Assembly: GCA_964003875.1 (NCBI GenBank)
Contig: CAXFLH010000001.1
Span: forward strand, 1-45,256
Direction of reading: 5' to 3'
DNA length: 45,256 nt
From: an uncultured Flavobacteriales bacterium
Lineage (GTDB): Bacteria > Bacteroidota > Bacteroidia > Flavobacteriales > UBA7312
Shown: one piece after another, positions 25,813-35,431 of the stretch
How positions within the stretch are numbered: position 1 is the stretch's first letter
Layout of the letters: the number at the start of each line of letters is the position of its first letter
Notes under the pieces: generated by a model
Database searches by the model: none
Told to the model about the DNA's origin: nothing
Seen by the model: the letters and a program-made list of their open reading frames with translations, nothing else
Program-made: the position numbers and the translations under genes

Positions 25813-27471
25813 ATGAAAAGACTCACTATTATTATTGCCTTTAGTTTTATCGCATTTATAACTTGGGCACAAGATAATTCTAACGGCAATATTCAAGGTG
25901 ATTTTAATCTAAGTACTCAGAGTTATTACGAAGACCCTGCTATAAACGCTGGAAAGGTTGATGAGTTTATGCTCATGAATGCTTATTCCAATATTCGATA
26001 TAACAAAGGTAACTTTACAGCCGGTGTACGTTTCGAAAGTTATTTAAACGTTTTGCAAGGTTTTGAATCAAACTTTAATGGCAATGGCATACCCTATCGA
26101 TTTGCTCAGTATAATGTTAATGGCTTAGATATAACTGTAGGTAACTTTTACGAACAATTTGGAAATGGTCTCATCTTTAGAAGCTACGAAGAAAAAACAC
26201 TAGGCATCGACAATGTTATGGATGGTGTTCGTCTAAAGTATAGTCCACTAATAGGATTATCACTTAAAGGGTTTGTTGCTACTCAACGCTTATTTTGGGA
26301 ACAAGGGCCGGGGATTATAAGAGGGTTCGATGCTGACTTAAACCTGAATGAAGCTATCTCTTCTCTAGAAAGAAGCAAGACAAATGCCATAATCGGAGGT
26401 AGTTTTGTGAGTCGTTTTCAAGATGATAACAATCCCGTTTTTAATTTGCCGGAAAACGTAGCTGCTTATGCTATTCGTTCTACCGTTAACAGAGGAAAAA
26501 TTTCTTTTAATTCTGAATACGCTTATAAATACAATGACCCAGCAGGAGGAATAACCTATAATAATTTTGCTCCGGGAAGTGCCTTAATGACTAACCTTTC
26601 ATATTCTCAAAGAGGCTTGGGTATAATGTTAGAAGCACACAGAGTTGATAATATGGAATACCGTTCCAAAAGAGGTGGGACAGGAAAAGAACTCACTTTA
26701 AATTACATTCCAGCCATAAGTAAACAACACGCTTACACCTTGGCAGCTTTCTACCCTTTTGCTACTCAGCCTTTAGGAGAATTAGGGTTTCAAGGAGAAA
26801 TCAACTATACTTTTAAAAAGAAAAGTAAATTAGGTGGTAAATATGGCACACAAGTTGCTGTCAATTATTCAAGAATTAATGGACTCAATGGCGGTCCTTC
26901 AGAGTTAACATTAAACAGAGACCATACCCCAATGTTTTTTAGTGTTATTAATGAAGAACTCTATTTTAGAGATTTAAACTTCGACCTAAAAAAGAAAATC
27001 AGCAAAAAAGTCAAGGTTATGCTGAACTACTTAGATGTCATTTACAATAAAGATGTCATAGAAGGGAAAATTATTGGCAAAAACGTACACGCTAGAATTG
27101 GAATAGCAGAGGTTAATTACAAAATGAAACCTAAACACACTTTAAGAAGTGAATTTCAATACCTTTCAGTTGATAAAAGTGAAGAATACTACAAAGATCA
27201 AGGCGATTGGGTAATGGGATTGCTAGAATATACCTTTTCTCCACATTGGTTTTTTGCTTTTGTAGATCAATATAATGGTGGCTATACTAGCGAAGGTAAA
27301 ACCTATGAAGCCGTACATTACCTCAACATCAGTTGTGGCTACAGTAAAGGAACCAACCGTTTTGAATTAGGATATGGTAAGGTCCGAGAGGGTATTTTTT
27401 GTGTGGGTGGTGTCTGCCGTAATGTACCATCATCCAATGGATTTACTCTTAATATAACTTCAAGCTTTTAA
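25813..27471 (+). CDS. Large uncharacterised outer-membrane beta-barrel protein (DUF6029-type by recollection)
   Basis: 552 aa. Signal peptide ...AFITWAQ and a beta-strand-patterned sequence ending ...GFTLNITSSF (terminal Phe), with a C-x4-C pair (FCVGGVCRN) near the C-terminus. Starts 3 nt after the tlpA-like stop. Confidence 0.75.
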   Translation: MKRLTIIIAFSFIAFITWAQDNSNGNIQGDFNLSTQSYYEDPAINAGKVDEFMLMNAYSNIRYNKGNFTAGVRFESYLNVLQGFESNFNGNGIPYRFAQYNVNGLDITVGNFYEQFGNGLIFRSYEEKTLGIDNVMDGVRLKYSPLIGLSLKGFVATQRLFWEQGPGIIRGFDADLNLNEAISSLERSKTNAIIGGSFVSRFQDDNNPVFNLPENVAAYAIRSTVNRGKISFNSEYAYKYNDPAGGITYNNFAPGSALMTNLSYSQRGLGIMLEAHRVDNMEYRSKRGGTGKELTLNYIPAISKQHAYTLAAFYPFATQPLGELGFQGEINYTFKKKSKLGGKYGTQVAVNYSRINGLNGGPSELTLNRDHTPMFFSVINEELYFRDLNFDLKKKISKKVKVMLNYLDVIYNKDVIEGKIIGKNVHARIGIAEVNYKMKPKHTLRSEFQYLSVDKSEEYYKDQGDWVMGLLEYTFSPHWFFAFVDQYNGGYTSEGKTYEAVHYLNISCGYSKGTNRFELGYGKVREGIFCVGGVCRNVPSSNGFTLNITSSF

Positions 27472-27473
27472 TT

Positions 27474-28262
27474 ATGAAAAAGACCTATTATTTATTTCTT
27501 AGTTTATTTATACTTAGTTTAACTTTTTCATGTGATGTCATCGAAAAAGATAATTTTACAGACCCTAACGCTGGCTTTCCTTGGCTAGGTAAAAAGGTGC
27601 TAATTGAAGATTTCACAGGCTTCAAGTGTACTAATTGTCCAGACGCATCTGCAGAACTACACAAGATTGAAGAACTTTATCCTGACAAAGTGATTGGCAT
27701 AGCCATTCATGCTGGTTCTTTTGCTGAGCCAAGTGGTGTTTTTGTCACAGACTTTAGAACAAATGAAGGTAATGAAATTACAGATTTGTTCGGTCCTGAA
27801 GGCTTTCCAATAGGTATGGTCAACAGACAAGGTTACCCTGAAAATGTTCTGTTAAGTTACACCGATTGGGCTAGTCAAGCTTTAGAACAATTACTACAAA
27901 CACCAACTATTGAACTCTCTATTTCTGAAGAAAATAATTCCGTTAGTGTTCAAGCAAGACGACTTTCAGAGTCCAATAATAGTCTGAAATTAGTGGTATG
28001 TATTACTGAAGATGGTATCATTGACAAACAAATCGATGGTGGTGAATTAATTGAGGAGTATGAACATAATCATGTGCTTAGAAAAGTAATTAATGGAGCT
28101 TGGGGGAGTAATATACAATTGAGTAGTACTTCAAGCACATATAGCTATGACTATACTTTAGAAGATTCATGGGTAAAAAGTAACTGTAACATAGTAGCCT
28201 ACGTATACGACAATAGCAATAAAGAAATTTTGCAAGTCGAAAAAATACATCTCACGGATTAA
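27474..28262 (+). CDS. Omp28-related lipoprotein with thioredoxin-like CxxC motif
   Basis: 262 aa. Lipobox LSLTFSC, then KKVLIEDFTGFKCTNCPDA in the position where thioredoxin-fold proteins carry their active site. Starts 2 nt after the barrel gene. The family name is a recollection. Confidence 0.75.
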   Translation: MKKTYYLFLSLFILSLTFSCDVIEKDNFTDPNAGFPWLGKKVLIEDFTGFKCTNCPDASAELHKIEELYPDKVIGIAIHAGSFAEPSGVFVTDFRTNEGNEITDLFGPEGFPIGMVNRQGYPENVLLSYTDWASQALEQLLQTPTIELSISEENNSVSVQARRLSESNNSLKLVVCITEDGIIDKQIDGGELIEEYEHNHVLRKVINGAWGSNIQLSSTSSTYSYDYTLEDSWVKSNCNIVAYVYDNSNKEILQVEKIHLTD

Positions 28263-28275
28263 TCACCCAAGTACA

Positions 28276-29238
28276 ATGACAAAAATCTTAACCTTTTTAT
28301 TTATAGTCTGTTCTTCATTTTTTGTTTCAGCTCAGAACATTACAGTCAGTAACACTTCAGATGCTACTAATTTTTTAGGGGCCTATTTCTCTCCCTTTGC
28401 TGAATCTATTGGAGCTGGTCTAAACAAAGGATGGTACAATACAGCAAAGCCACATAAATTGGCTGGTTTTGATGTTAGCCTAAGTCTAAACTTAATTACT
28501 ATATCAGATGAAGTAGCTGCGTTTGATGTCAATAGTATAGACAACTTTAGCAGTACTTCTTCATCAACACCAAGTATCTTGGGAAGCGGAGAAGGTGCAA
28601 CTATAAATTATCAAAACGAAAATGTGAACGGTCAATTTGTAATGCCTGACCAAAATATTGATATAAAAGCTGTACCAATTCCAACTTTAAATGTAGGGCT
28701 TGGCTTAATAAAAGGAACTGAAATTAATGTAAGATATATTCCGACTTATGAGTACAATATAGGCTTTGTAGGAAAAGGGTCTGTAGAACTTTACGGTGCT
28801 GGAATAAAACACGATATTTTGCAATGGTTACCTTTAAATAAATTTTTACCATTCGATTTATCGATTCAAGGTGCTTTTAGTCAATTCAACACCTCCTTTG
28901 AAGTAGAAAGTCAAAGCGTTAGACAAGGAGTAGGTTTAGATATACAAGCAAGTACAGTCAATCTTATCTTTTCAAAAAAGTTTGCTATGATAACTGCTTA
29001 CGCTAGTGTAGGTCAAAATTTTGTAAGTTCTACACTTAATGCCAATTCAAACTTTAGCTTAGGCAGTACAAGTACTTTAAATTTTGATTTCCCCTTAGAA
29101 ATTAATATGCCAAACACTTCTGAAATGCAAGCTTCAGCAGGAGTTCGACTTCAATTTGCTATCTTTACACTTTATGCCAATCAGACCTTTTCTAGCTATC
29201 CAAGTACATCGGCAGGAATTGGCATCAGTTTTAGATGA
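28276..29238 (+). CDS. Uncharacterised secreted/outer-membrane protein
   Basis: 320 aa. Signal peptide MTKILTFLFIVCSSFFVSAQ, S/T/N/G-rich beta pattern, and C-terminus ...SAGIGISFR. No catalytic motif recognised. Confidence 0.65.
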   Translation: MTKILTFLFIVCSSFFVSAQNITVSNTSDATNFLGAYFSPFAESIGAGLNKGWYNTAKPHKLAGFDVSLSLNLITISDEVAAFDVNSIDNFSSTSSSTPSILGSGEGATINYQNENVNGQFVMPDQNIDIKAVPIPTLNVGLGLIKGTEINVRYIPTYEYNIGFVGKGSVELYGAGIKHDILQWLPLNKFLPFDLSIQGAFSQFNTSFEVESQSVRQGVGLDIQASTVNLIFSKKFAMITAYASVGQNFVSSTLNANSNFSLGSTSTLNFDFPLEINMPNTSEMQASAGVRLQFAIFTLYANQTFSSYPSTSAGIGISFR

Positions 29239-29828
29239 CACGATTAATTTTCAAATGTATTTTTTGCCTTGCCATAAGTAGTTATTGCTATGGTCAAAAT
29301 TTCAAAGCAGGACTTATTGCTGGTGTTAGCACTTCGCAGGTATCTGGCGACCAATTAGGTGGTTTTAACAAGTTAGGAATCAAGTTTGGTGCTTCAGTCA
29401 ATCATTTTATAAATTCTGCTAGTCGTGGTCAACTAGCATTGTACTATATCGACAAAGGGAGTAATGATGTTAATAGCGATTTTAGGATTGATTTATCCTA
29501 TATTGAAACGTCTTGGTGCGTTCAGAAAACATCTAAAGGGTTTATTTATGAAGGAGGACTATTATTTGGTGTTTTGGTAGATGGCAAAACATACGATATC
29601 TATGGCTATGAAGACGTCCAAAAAAATGATTTCCATAAATTTGATATCGGTGCAAAGTTAGCTGCAGGAGTCAAACTCAAACCTCAACTGACTATGTTTT
29701 GGGAATTGAGCAATAGTATTCCCTTTTTTCCCATACAAGATCACCCAGGTGGAGCTACCTACGGACTAAACAAAGGCAAATATAATTCCATATTAAGTTT
29801 TTCTTTCCGATATTTGTTCTCTGAATGA
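29235..29828 (+). CDS. Small outer-membrane beta-barrel protein (porin/OmpA-barrel-like family)
   Basis: 197 aa. Signal peptide ...SSYCYGQ, then NFKAGLIAGVSTSQVSGD..., typical of 8-10-stranded OMP_b-brl proteins. ATGA 4-nt overlaps on both sides. Confidence 0.7.
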   Translation: MTRLIFKCIFCLAISSYCYGQNFKAGLIAGVSTSQVSGDQLGGFNKLGIKFGASVNHFINSASRGQLALYYIDKGSNDVNSDFRIDLSYIETSWCVQKTSKGFIYEGGLLFGVLVDGKTYDIYGYEDVQKNDFHKFDIGAKLAAGVKLKPQLTMFWELSNSIPFFPIQDHPGGATYGLNKGKYNSILSFSFRYLFSE

Positions 29829-30391
29829 GTAAGAAACAAAAAATAGTAGTTTCGGTAAGTGGCGCTAGTGGTGCTATCTATGCCAAAGTATTGTTTGACA
29901 GACTACAACAACTACATAATCAGGTTGAAGAAGTAGGTATTTTGATGTCTGATAATGCAAAATACGTTTGGAAAACAGAATTGGGTAATAGCGATTATAA
30001 AGATTTACCTTTTAAATTTTACAAACCACAAGACTTTACCGCACCATTTGCATCTGGTTCAGCACGCTTTGAAACAATGATTATTTGCCCTTGTTCTATG
30101 GGTACATTAGGACGTATTGCCCAAGGCATTTCTAATGATTTAACTACTCGAGCTGCTGATGTAATACTTAAAGAAAGAAGAAAACTTATACTAGTAGCAA
30201 GAGATACTCCCTTAAATCTTATTCATATCAATAATATGAAGACCATTACCGAAGCGGGTGGTATCATTTGCCCAGCTACCCCTTCATTTTATAGCAATCC
30301 TTCTACTTTTGAAGAATTGGCATCTACAGTTGTTGATAGAGTTATTGCTTTAGCTGGACTAGAGCAAGATTCTTACCAATGGGGGCAATAA
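29825..30391 (+). CDS. ubiX: Flavin prenyltransferase UbiX
   Basis: 188 aa. KIVVSVSGASGAIYA..., MIICPCSMGTLGRIAQGISNDLTTRAADVILKERRKLILVARDTPL..., ...GGIICPATPSFY, as in the UbiX/Pad1 family. Confidence 0.9.
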   Translation: MSKKQKIVVSVSGASGAIYAKVLFDRLQQLHNQVEEVGILMSDNAKYVWKTELGNSDYKDLPFKFYKPQDFTAPFASGSARFETMIICPCSMGTLGRIAQGISNDLTTRAADVILKERRKLILVARDTPLNLIHINNMKTITEAGGIICPATPSFYSNPSTFEELASTVVDRVIALAGLEQDSYQWGQ

Positions 30392-30430
30392 TACCTTTTG
30401 TTTTGTAGTTATGTAATAAATTACAAAACT

Positions 30431-30616
30431 ATGCTTCGTTTTTGCAAAACCATTTTACAAAAAGTTTCTTTCGACAAAAACTTATTTAAAAAAGAACTTA
30501 AAAAATCCACTCGTTTAGTCAATAAAAAAGAACAAATGGTATTGAAAATATGGTGTTTAACTACTTTTGCTAACTACAAAGACATTATTCTCGATGTATT
30601 CGAAAATACTATTTAA
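30431..30616 (+). CDS. Small basic hypothetical protein (61 aa from the first ATG)
   Basis: The track ORF starts at a TTG (30398). The first ATG gives [61 protein letters not shown]. No recognisable motif. The 3' end overlaps the queG stop region by 8 nt. Coding status is uncertain. Confidence 0.35.
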   Translation: MLRFCKTILQKVSFDKNLFKKELKKSTRLVNKKEQMVLKIWCLTTFANYKDIILDVFENTI

Positions 30617-31532
30617 GAAAGTCTATATTTCTTTTTAAACCTGCAAACTTAGTCCGCTTTACAGCTGATTTCTTAAACACTTTTTTAAAGGTACCTTCCG
30701 TCAGTTCTTGCCAATCGCTTTTATTCATATCTAATAAATCTGAGTGAGGTTTGAATCGCTCTTCGTTATGTGGGCTAGAAAACCTATTCCAAGGACAGAC
30801 ATCTTGACAAACATCACAACCAAACATCCAATCGTCCATTTTATCTTTCATCTCATTTGGAATAGAATCTTTCAATTCGATAGTAAAATATGATATGCAT
30901 TTACTTCCATCGACTTCATAAGGTGCTACGATAGCTTGTGTTGGGCAAGCATCAATACAGGCAGTACATGTCCCGCAATGGTCAAGGACTGGCATATCTG
31001 CTTCCACTTCTAAATCAATAATCAACTCGGCAATGAAGAAAAAAGAGCCTTGTTTCTTGTTAATTAGATTCGTGTTTTTACCCATCCAACCTAAGCCACT
31101 ACGAACTGCCCAAGCTTTATCCATCACTGGCGCACTATCTACAAAAACTCTTCCATTAACTTCTCCAATTTCTTCATGAATAAATTCTAGCAGTTGCTTT
31201 AACTTGTCTTTTATAACAAAATGATAATCCTCACCATAAGCGTATTTGGATAGTTTTGGAGCATCGCTATTTTGTTGCTCATCGGTATAGTAATTGAGCA
31301 AAAGAGAAACAACCGTCTTAGCACCATCGACTAACAAACGAGGGTCTAAACGCTTATCGAAATGATTGGCCATGTAGGTCATTTCGCCGTGTTTTTTCTC
31401 ATTTAACCAGCGTTCTAAACGTGGTGCTTCATCTTCCAAAAAATCAGCTTTAGCAAAGCCACAATGAGAAAACCCTAATCGTTGGGCTTCCTTTCTAATT
31501 AATGAATTGTAAGATTTATTCGAAAAGTCCAC
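30609..31532 (-). CDS. queG: tRNA epoxyqueuosine(34) reductase
   Basis: 307 aa with two ferredoxin-type motifs, [12 protein letters not shown] and [12 protein letters not shown]-terminal ...[13 protein letters not shown]... and ...[12 protein letters not shown]... are typical of QueG. Confidence 0.9.
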   Translation of the reverse strand: MDFSNKSYNSLIRKEAQRLGFSHCGFAKADFLEDEAPRLERWLNEKKHGEMTYMANHFDKRLDPRLLVDGAKTVVSLLLNYYTDEQQNSDAPKLSKYAYGEDYHFVIKDKLKQLLEFIHEEIGEVNGRVFVDSAPVMDKAWAVRSGLGWMGKNTNLINKKQGSFFFIAELIIDLEVEADMPVLDHCGTCTACIDACPTQAIVAPYEVDGSKCISYFTIELKDSIPNEMKDKMDDWMFGCDVCQDVCPWNRFSSPHNEERFKPHSDLLDMNKSDWQELTEGTFKKVFKKSAVKRTKFAGLKRNIDFLK

Positions 31533-32541
31533 CGATTTGTGAAGATGGGTTTAGCCCCAAATGCTTGTAGGCTTTTTCTGTTGCTTGTCTTCCTCTTGGC
31601 GTACGCATCAAATAGCCTTCTTGTATTAGAAAAGGCTCGTACACTTCTTCTATGGTACCACTTTGTTCACCTACAGCTGTTGCTATGGTGGTTAGTCCGA
31701 CAGGGCCCCCTTTAAATTTTTCAATTATAGCCGATAAAATACGGTTGTCCATATCGTCTAATCCGTGAGCATCTACATTGAGTGCAGATAAAGCCAAGTG
31801 AGTAATGTCTAAAGTAATACTTCCATCGCCTTTGACTTGTGCAAAGTCCCTCACTCTACGCAGTAGCGAATTAGCAATACGTGGTGTCCCTCGACTTCGA
31901 CCTGCTATTTCTTCGGATGCTGATTTTGAAATGGATATATCCAAAATACTTGACGAACGATTAACGATGTTAGAAAGGGTTTCAATATTATAGTACTCTA
32001 ATCGTGAGTTGATGCCAAAACGTGCTCTTAAGGGGGCTGTAAGCAAACCTGAACGAGTAGTAGCCCCTATTAAAGTGAAAGGATTCAGTTCTATCTGAAC
32101 AGCTCTAGCATTAGGTCCCGACTCTATCATTATGTCGATTTTAAAGTCCTCCATAGCTGAATACAAATATTCTTCAACTATAGGGCTCAAACGATGAATT
32201 TCATCAATGAATAAAATATCGCCACTTTCGAGATTGGTCAATAAACCAGCTAAATCACCAGGTTTATCGAGAACTGGACCTGAGCTAATTTTTATGCCTG
32301 CATCCATCTCATTGGCTATAATATTAGACAATGTAGTTTTGCCCAAACCTGGAGGACCATGTAACAAAACGTGGTCAAGTGCCTCCCCTCGCATCTTAGC
32401 AGCGCTAACAAAAACCTTTAGGTTTTCAACCACTTTAGGTTGTCCACTAAAATCATCAAATTGTTTAGGGCGTAATGCCTTGTCCAATTCTAAATCTATA
32501 TTGGATAGTGAATCTCGTTCTGGGTTTAAATTCTCATTCAT
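31516..32541 (-). CDS. ruvB: Holliday junction DNA helicase RuvB
   Basis: 341 aa. ...[12 protein letters not shown]..., Walker [10 protein letters not shown], Walker B LFIDEIHR, sensor [18 protein letters not shown], ...[17 protein letters not shown]. Confidence 0.97.
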   Translation of the reverse strand: MNENLNPERDSLSNIDLELDKALRPKQFDDFSGQPKVVENLKVFVSAAKMRGEALDHVLLHGPPGLGKTTLSNIIANEMDAGIKISSGPVLDKPGDLAGLLTNLESGDILFIDEIHRLSPIVEEYLYSAMEDFKIDIMIESGPNARAVQIELNPFTLIGATTRSGLLTAPLRARFGINSRLEYYNIETLSNIVNRSSSILDISISKSASEEIAGRSRGTPRIANSLLRRVRDFAQVKGDGSITLDITHLALSALNVDAHGLDDMDNRILSAIIEKFKGGPVGLTTIATAVGEQSGTIEEVYEPFLIQEGYLMRTPRGRQATEKAYKHLGLNPSSQIGGLFE

Positions 32542-32575
32542 CTAGAACAAAGATAAACTAAAATCAAAGTAAACC

Positions 32576-34342
32576 CTAATGTTCTTCTTCGCCTTCTTTG
32601 AGTGGTACTATCTGAGAAATAAAATCTTCATCAGCACCCGGCTTACTGTAATCGTATGCCCAACGGTGTACGCTTGGTATTTCTCCCGGCCAGTTACCAT
32701 GTATTCTATCGTGTGTAGGTGTTGTCCATTCTAAAGTGTTAGAACGCCATGGGTTTTGTGAGGCATCTTTTCCTCTGTATATACTGTAGAAGAAATTGAA
32801 GAAGAAAAAGATTTGTGCCACCGCACCCAAAATAGCAAATACCGTTACTAATTCGTTAATCTCTACTAAGCCATCAAACATTGGGAAGGCAGTATTGGAA
32901 TAATAACGTCTTGGTACACCAGCCAATCCAATAAAGTGCATAGGATAGAATACCCCATAAGCTGAAATGAAAGTTAGCCAGAAGTGTACATAGCCTAAAT
33001 TCTTATTCATCATCTTACCATACATCTTAGGAAACCAATGGTAGATACCTGCAAACATACCAAAGATAGCAGATAGCCCCATTACAATATGGAAGTGAGC
33101 TACTACAAAGTAAGTATCGTGTACATTGATGTCCAAAGCACTATCTCCTAAGATAAGTCCCGTTAAACCTCCCGAAATAAAGGTAGATACTAAACCAATA
33201 GAGAATAACATAGCTGGTGTAAATTGTATATTTCCTTTCCATAAAGTAGTTAAGTAGTTAAATACTTTTACTGCCGAAGGAATAGCAATCAATAAGGTCG
33301 TAAAGGTAAATACAGAACCTAAGAATGGGTTCATACCCGTCATAAACATGTGGTGTCCCCATACAATAAAAGATAAAAATCCAATGGCTAATATTGAACC
33401 TACCATAGCTCTATAACCAAAGATGGGTTTACGAGAACTTGTTGATACTACTTCCGAAGTAATACCTAAAGCTGGTAATAATACAATGTAAACTTCAGGG
33501 TGTCCTAAGAACCAAAATAGGTGTTGGAATAAAATGGGCGAACCTCCAGTTTGAGTTAGCATTTCTCCTTGTATCATAATATCAGAAAGATAAAAGGCTG
33601 TTCCAAATCCTCTGTCGAATATCAACAGTAGAGAAGCTGAAAGTAATACTGGAAAAGACAATACCCCTAAAATAGCTGTTACTAAAAATGCCCACATTGT
33701 TAAAGGCATACGCGTCATAGACATACCTTTTGTTCGTAGGTTTAGAATGGTTACAATATAGTTCAGACCACCAAGTAGTGCTGAAACAATAAATAAAGAC
33801 ATACTAACCAGCCATAGCGTCATACCCAATCCAGAACCCGGCATAGCTTGTGGTAAAGCACTAAGCGGCGGATATATAGTCCAACCAGCAGCGGCAGGTC
33901 CAGAGGTGACAAATAAAGATATAACCATCACTACAGATGACACAAAGAAGAACCAATAGGATAACATATTCAAAAATCCTGATGCCATATCTCTAGCTCC
34001 AATCTGTAGAGGAATAAGTAAATTAAAGAAGGTGCCACTTAATCCTCCAGTCAATACAAAGAATACCATTATAGTACCATGAATAGTTACTAAGGCTAGA
34101 TAAATATTTGGGTCCATTACACCGTCAGGTGCCCATTTACCTAAAAATGTTTCTAGTATAGGATAGCCTTCAGCAGGCCATGCTAACTGCATTCTGAAAA
34201 ATACGGACATCAATATAGCAATGACACCCATTACCATAGCCGTAATAAGGAATTGCTTAGCAATCATCTTATGGTCAGTACTGAAAACGTACTTGGAAAT
34301 GAATGTTTCTTCGTGGTGGTGGTGTTCGTTATGATCTGACAT
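32576..34342 (-). CDS. ctaD: Cytochrome c oxidase (aa3-type heme-copper oxidase) subunit I
   Basis: 588 aa, polytopic. LFWFLGHPEVYIVLLPALG (CuB His/Tyr region), VWGHHMFMTG, VVAHFHIVMG (heme ligand). Confidence 0.95.
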   Translation of the reverse strand: MSDHNEHHHHEETFISKYVFSTDHKMIAKQFLITAMVMGVIAILMSVFFRMQLAWPAEGYPILETFLGKWAPDGVMDPNIYLALVTIHGTIMVFFVLTGGLSGTFFNLLIPLQIGARDMASGFLNMLSYWFFFVSSVVMVISLFVTSGPAAAGWTIYPPLSALPQAMPGSGLGMTLWLVSMSLFIVSALLGGLNYIVTILNLRTKGMSMTRMPLTMWAFLVTAILGVLSFPVLLSASLLLIFDRGFGTAFYLSDIMIQGEMLTQTGGSPILFQHLFWFLGHPEVYIVLLPALGITSEVVSTSSRKPIFGYRAMVGSILAIGFLSFIVWGHHMFMTGMNPFLGSVFTFTTLLIAIPSAVKVFNYLTTLWKGNIQFTPAMLFSIGLVSTFISGGLTGLILGDSALDINVHDTYFVVAHFHIVMGLSAIFGMFAGIYHWFPKMYGKMMNKNLGYVHFWLTFISAYGVFYPMHFIGLAGVPRRYYSNTAFPMFDGLVEINELVTVFAILGAVAQIFFFFNFFYSIYRGKDASQNPWRSNTLEWTTPTHDRIHGNWPGEIPSVHRWAYDYSKPGADEDFISQIVPLKEGEEEH

Positions 34343-34363
34343 ATCTCTAATTATTCTATGTTC

Positions 34364-35395
34364 TTATTGTGCGCTTACTAAAGTTTTAAAGGTTGCTTGG
34401 TCTGCCATCCAAGCATCAAATTCTTCTTGGGTTTCTACAATCACTTTTATCTGCATATTATAGTGGGCAGAACCACATATTTTATTACAAAGTAGGACGT
34501 AATCAAACTCTACAGCTTCTTCACCTTTTTTAGCTCGAGCCTCGTTTATGAATTTCATTCTTTCTATCATCTCAGGGTCTTCACGCATTTCTTTAGTTGT
34601 TTTTGTTGGCGTGAAAGCAAATTGAGTGCTCATCCCTGGAACACAGTTCATCTGTACATTGAAGTGAGGTAAATAAGCTGAGTGAATCACGTCTTGTGAC
34701 CTGAATTTCATTAATACCTGTTGGTCTTTAACTAAGTGTATTTCTCTAACAACTACATCGTCGTGCGATAAAGTGTCTCTCTCATCAACACCTAAAGTGT
34801 TTATACCGCCGATAAGTGTATAATGTGCTTTGCCTAACTGATTATCGTCACCTGCATAACGCGCTGTCCAATTGAATTGCTGAGCATATACTTCCATTAC
34901 TTTAGCATTGGTAGTATCAGGAACCATCGTTTTGTTCCAAGTACTCAAGCCAAATAAAATTAGACCTGTTAAAACAAATGCTGGAACAGAAGTCCAAAGT
35001 AGCTCTAACTTGTTATTGTGTGTTTGGAATAGAGCAGTGTTGCCTTCTCTACCTCTGTATTTGTATGCAAAAACAAATAATAAAGTTTGAGTAATGAAAA
35101 ACGTTACAAGAATTAATATCATCGTTGTATCCCATAACATCTTGATTCCTTCACCGTGTATACTAACAGGATCTGGTAAAACTAGGTGTCCCCATAGCTT
35201 GAAAGAATATGCCACAAAAGCTGTAAAGCCTAAACCGACAATTAACATCGCAAGAGCATTGTAACGATTATCTTGATCAGTCGTAATCTTGTCTTGTGGA
35301 CCTTTTAGTTTAGCAGCAATTTCAATAATTCGTACTACCTGTACGATACCAATTATGGTCAAGACTATGATTAAGAAATTTAAAAAAGTAGTCAT
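34364..35395 (-). CDS. ctaC: Cytochrome c oxidase subunit II (no fused cytochrome c domain)
   Basis: 343 aa with N-terminal TM helices and a cupredoxin domain carrying CuA ligands ...DVIHSAYLPHF... and CNKICGSAHYNM (C-x3-C-x3-H-x2-M). No CxxCH motif anywhere. Confidence 0.9.
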   Translation of the reverse strand: MTTFLNFLIIVLTIIGIVQVVRIIEIAAKLKGPQDKITTDQDNRYNALAMLIVGLGFTAFVAYSFKLWGHLVLPDPVSIHGEGIKMLWDTTMILILVTFFITQTLLFVFAYKYRGREGNTALFQTHNNKLELLWTSVPAFVLTGLILFGLSTWNKTMVPDTTNAKVMEVYAQQFNWTARYAGDDNQLGKAHYTLIGGINTLGVDERDTLSHDDVVVREIHLVKDQQVLMKFRSQDVIHSAYLPHFNVQMNCVPGMSTQFAFTPTKTTKEMREDPEMIERMKFINEARAKKGEEAVEFDYVLLCNKICGSAHYNMQIKVIVETQEEFDAWMADQATFKTLVSAQ

Positions 35396-35431
35396 ATTAG
35401 CCTGTATATTTTATTCGTTATCTCTTTATTA

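Noticed and set aside
30398-30430. TTG-initiated extension of the small ORF after ubiX.
   Set aside because: It uses a non-ATG start with no support. The first ATG (30431) is more plausible, and even that ORF is only weakly supported.
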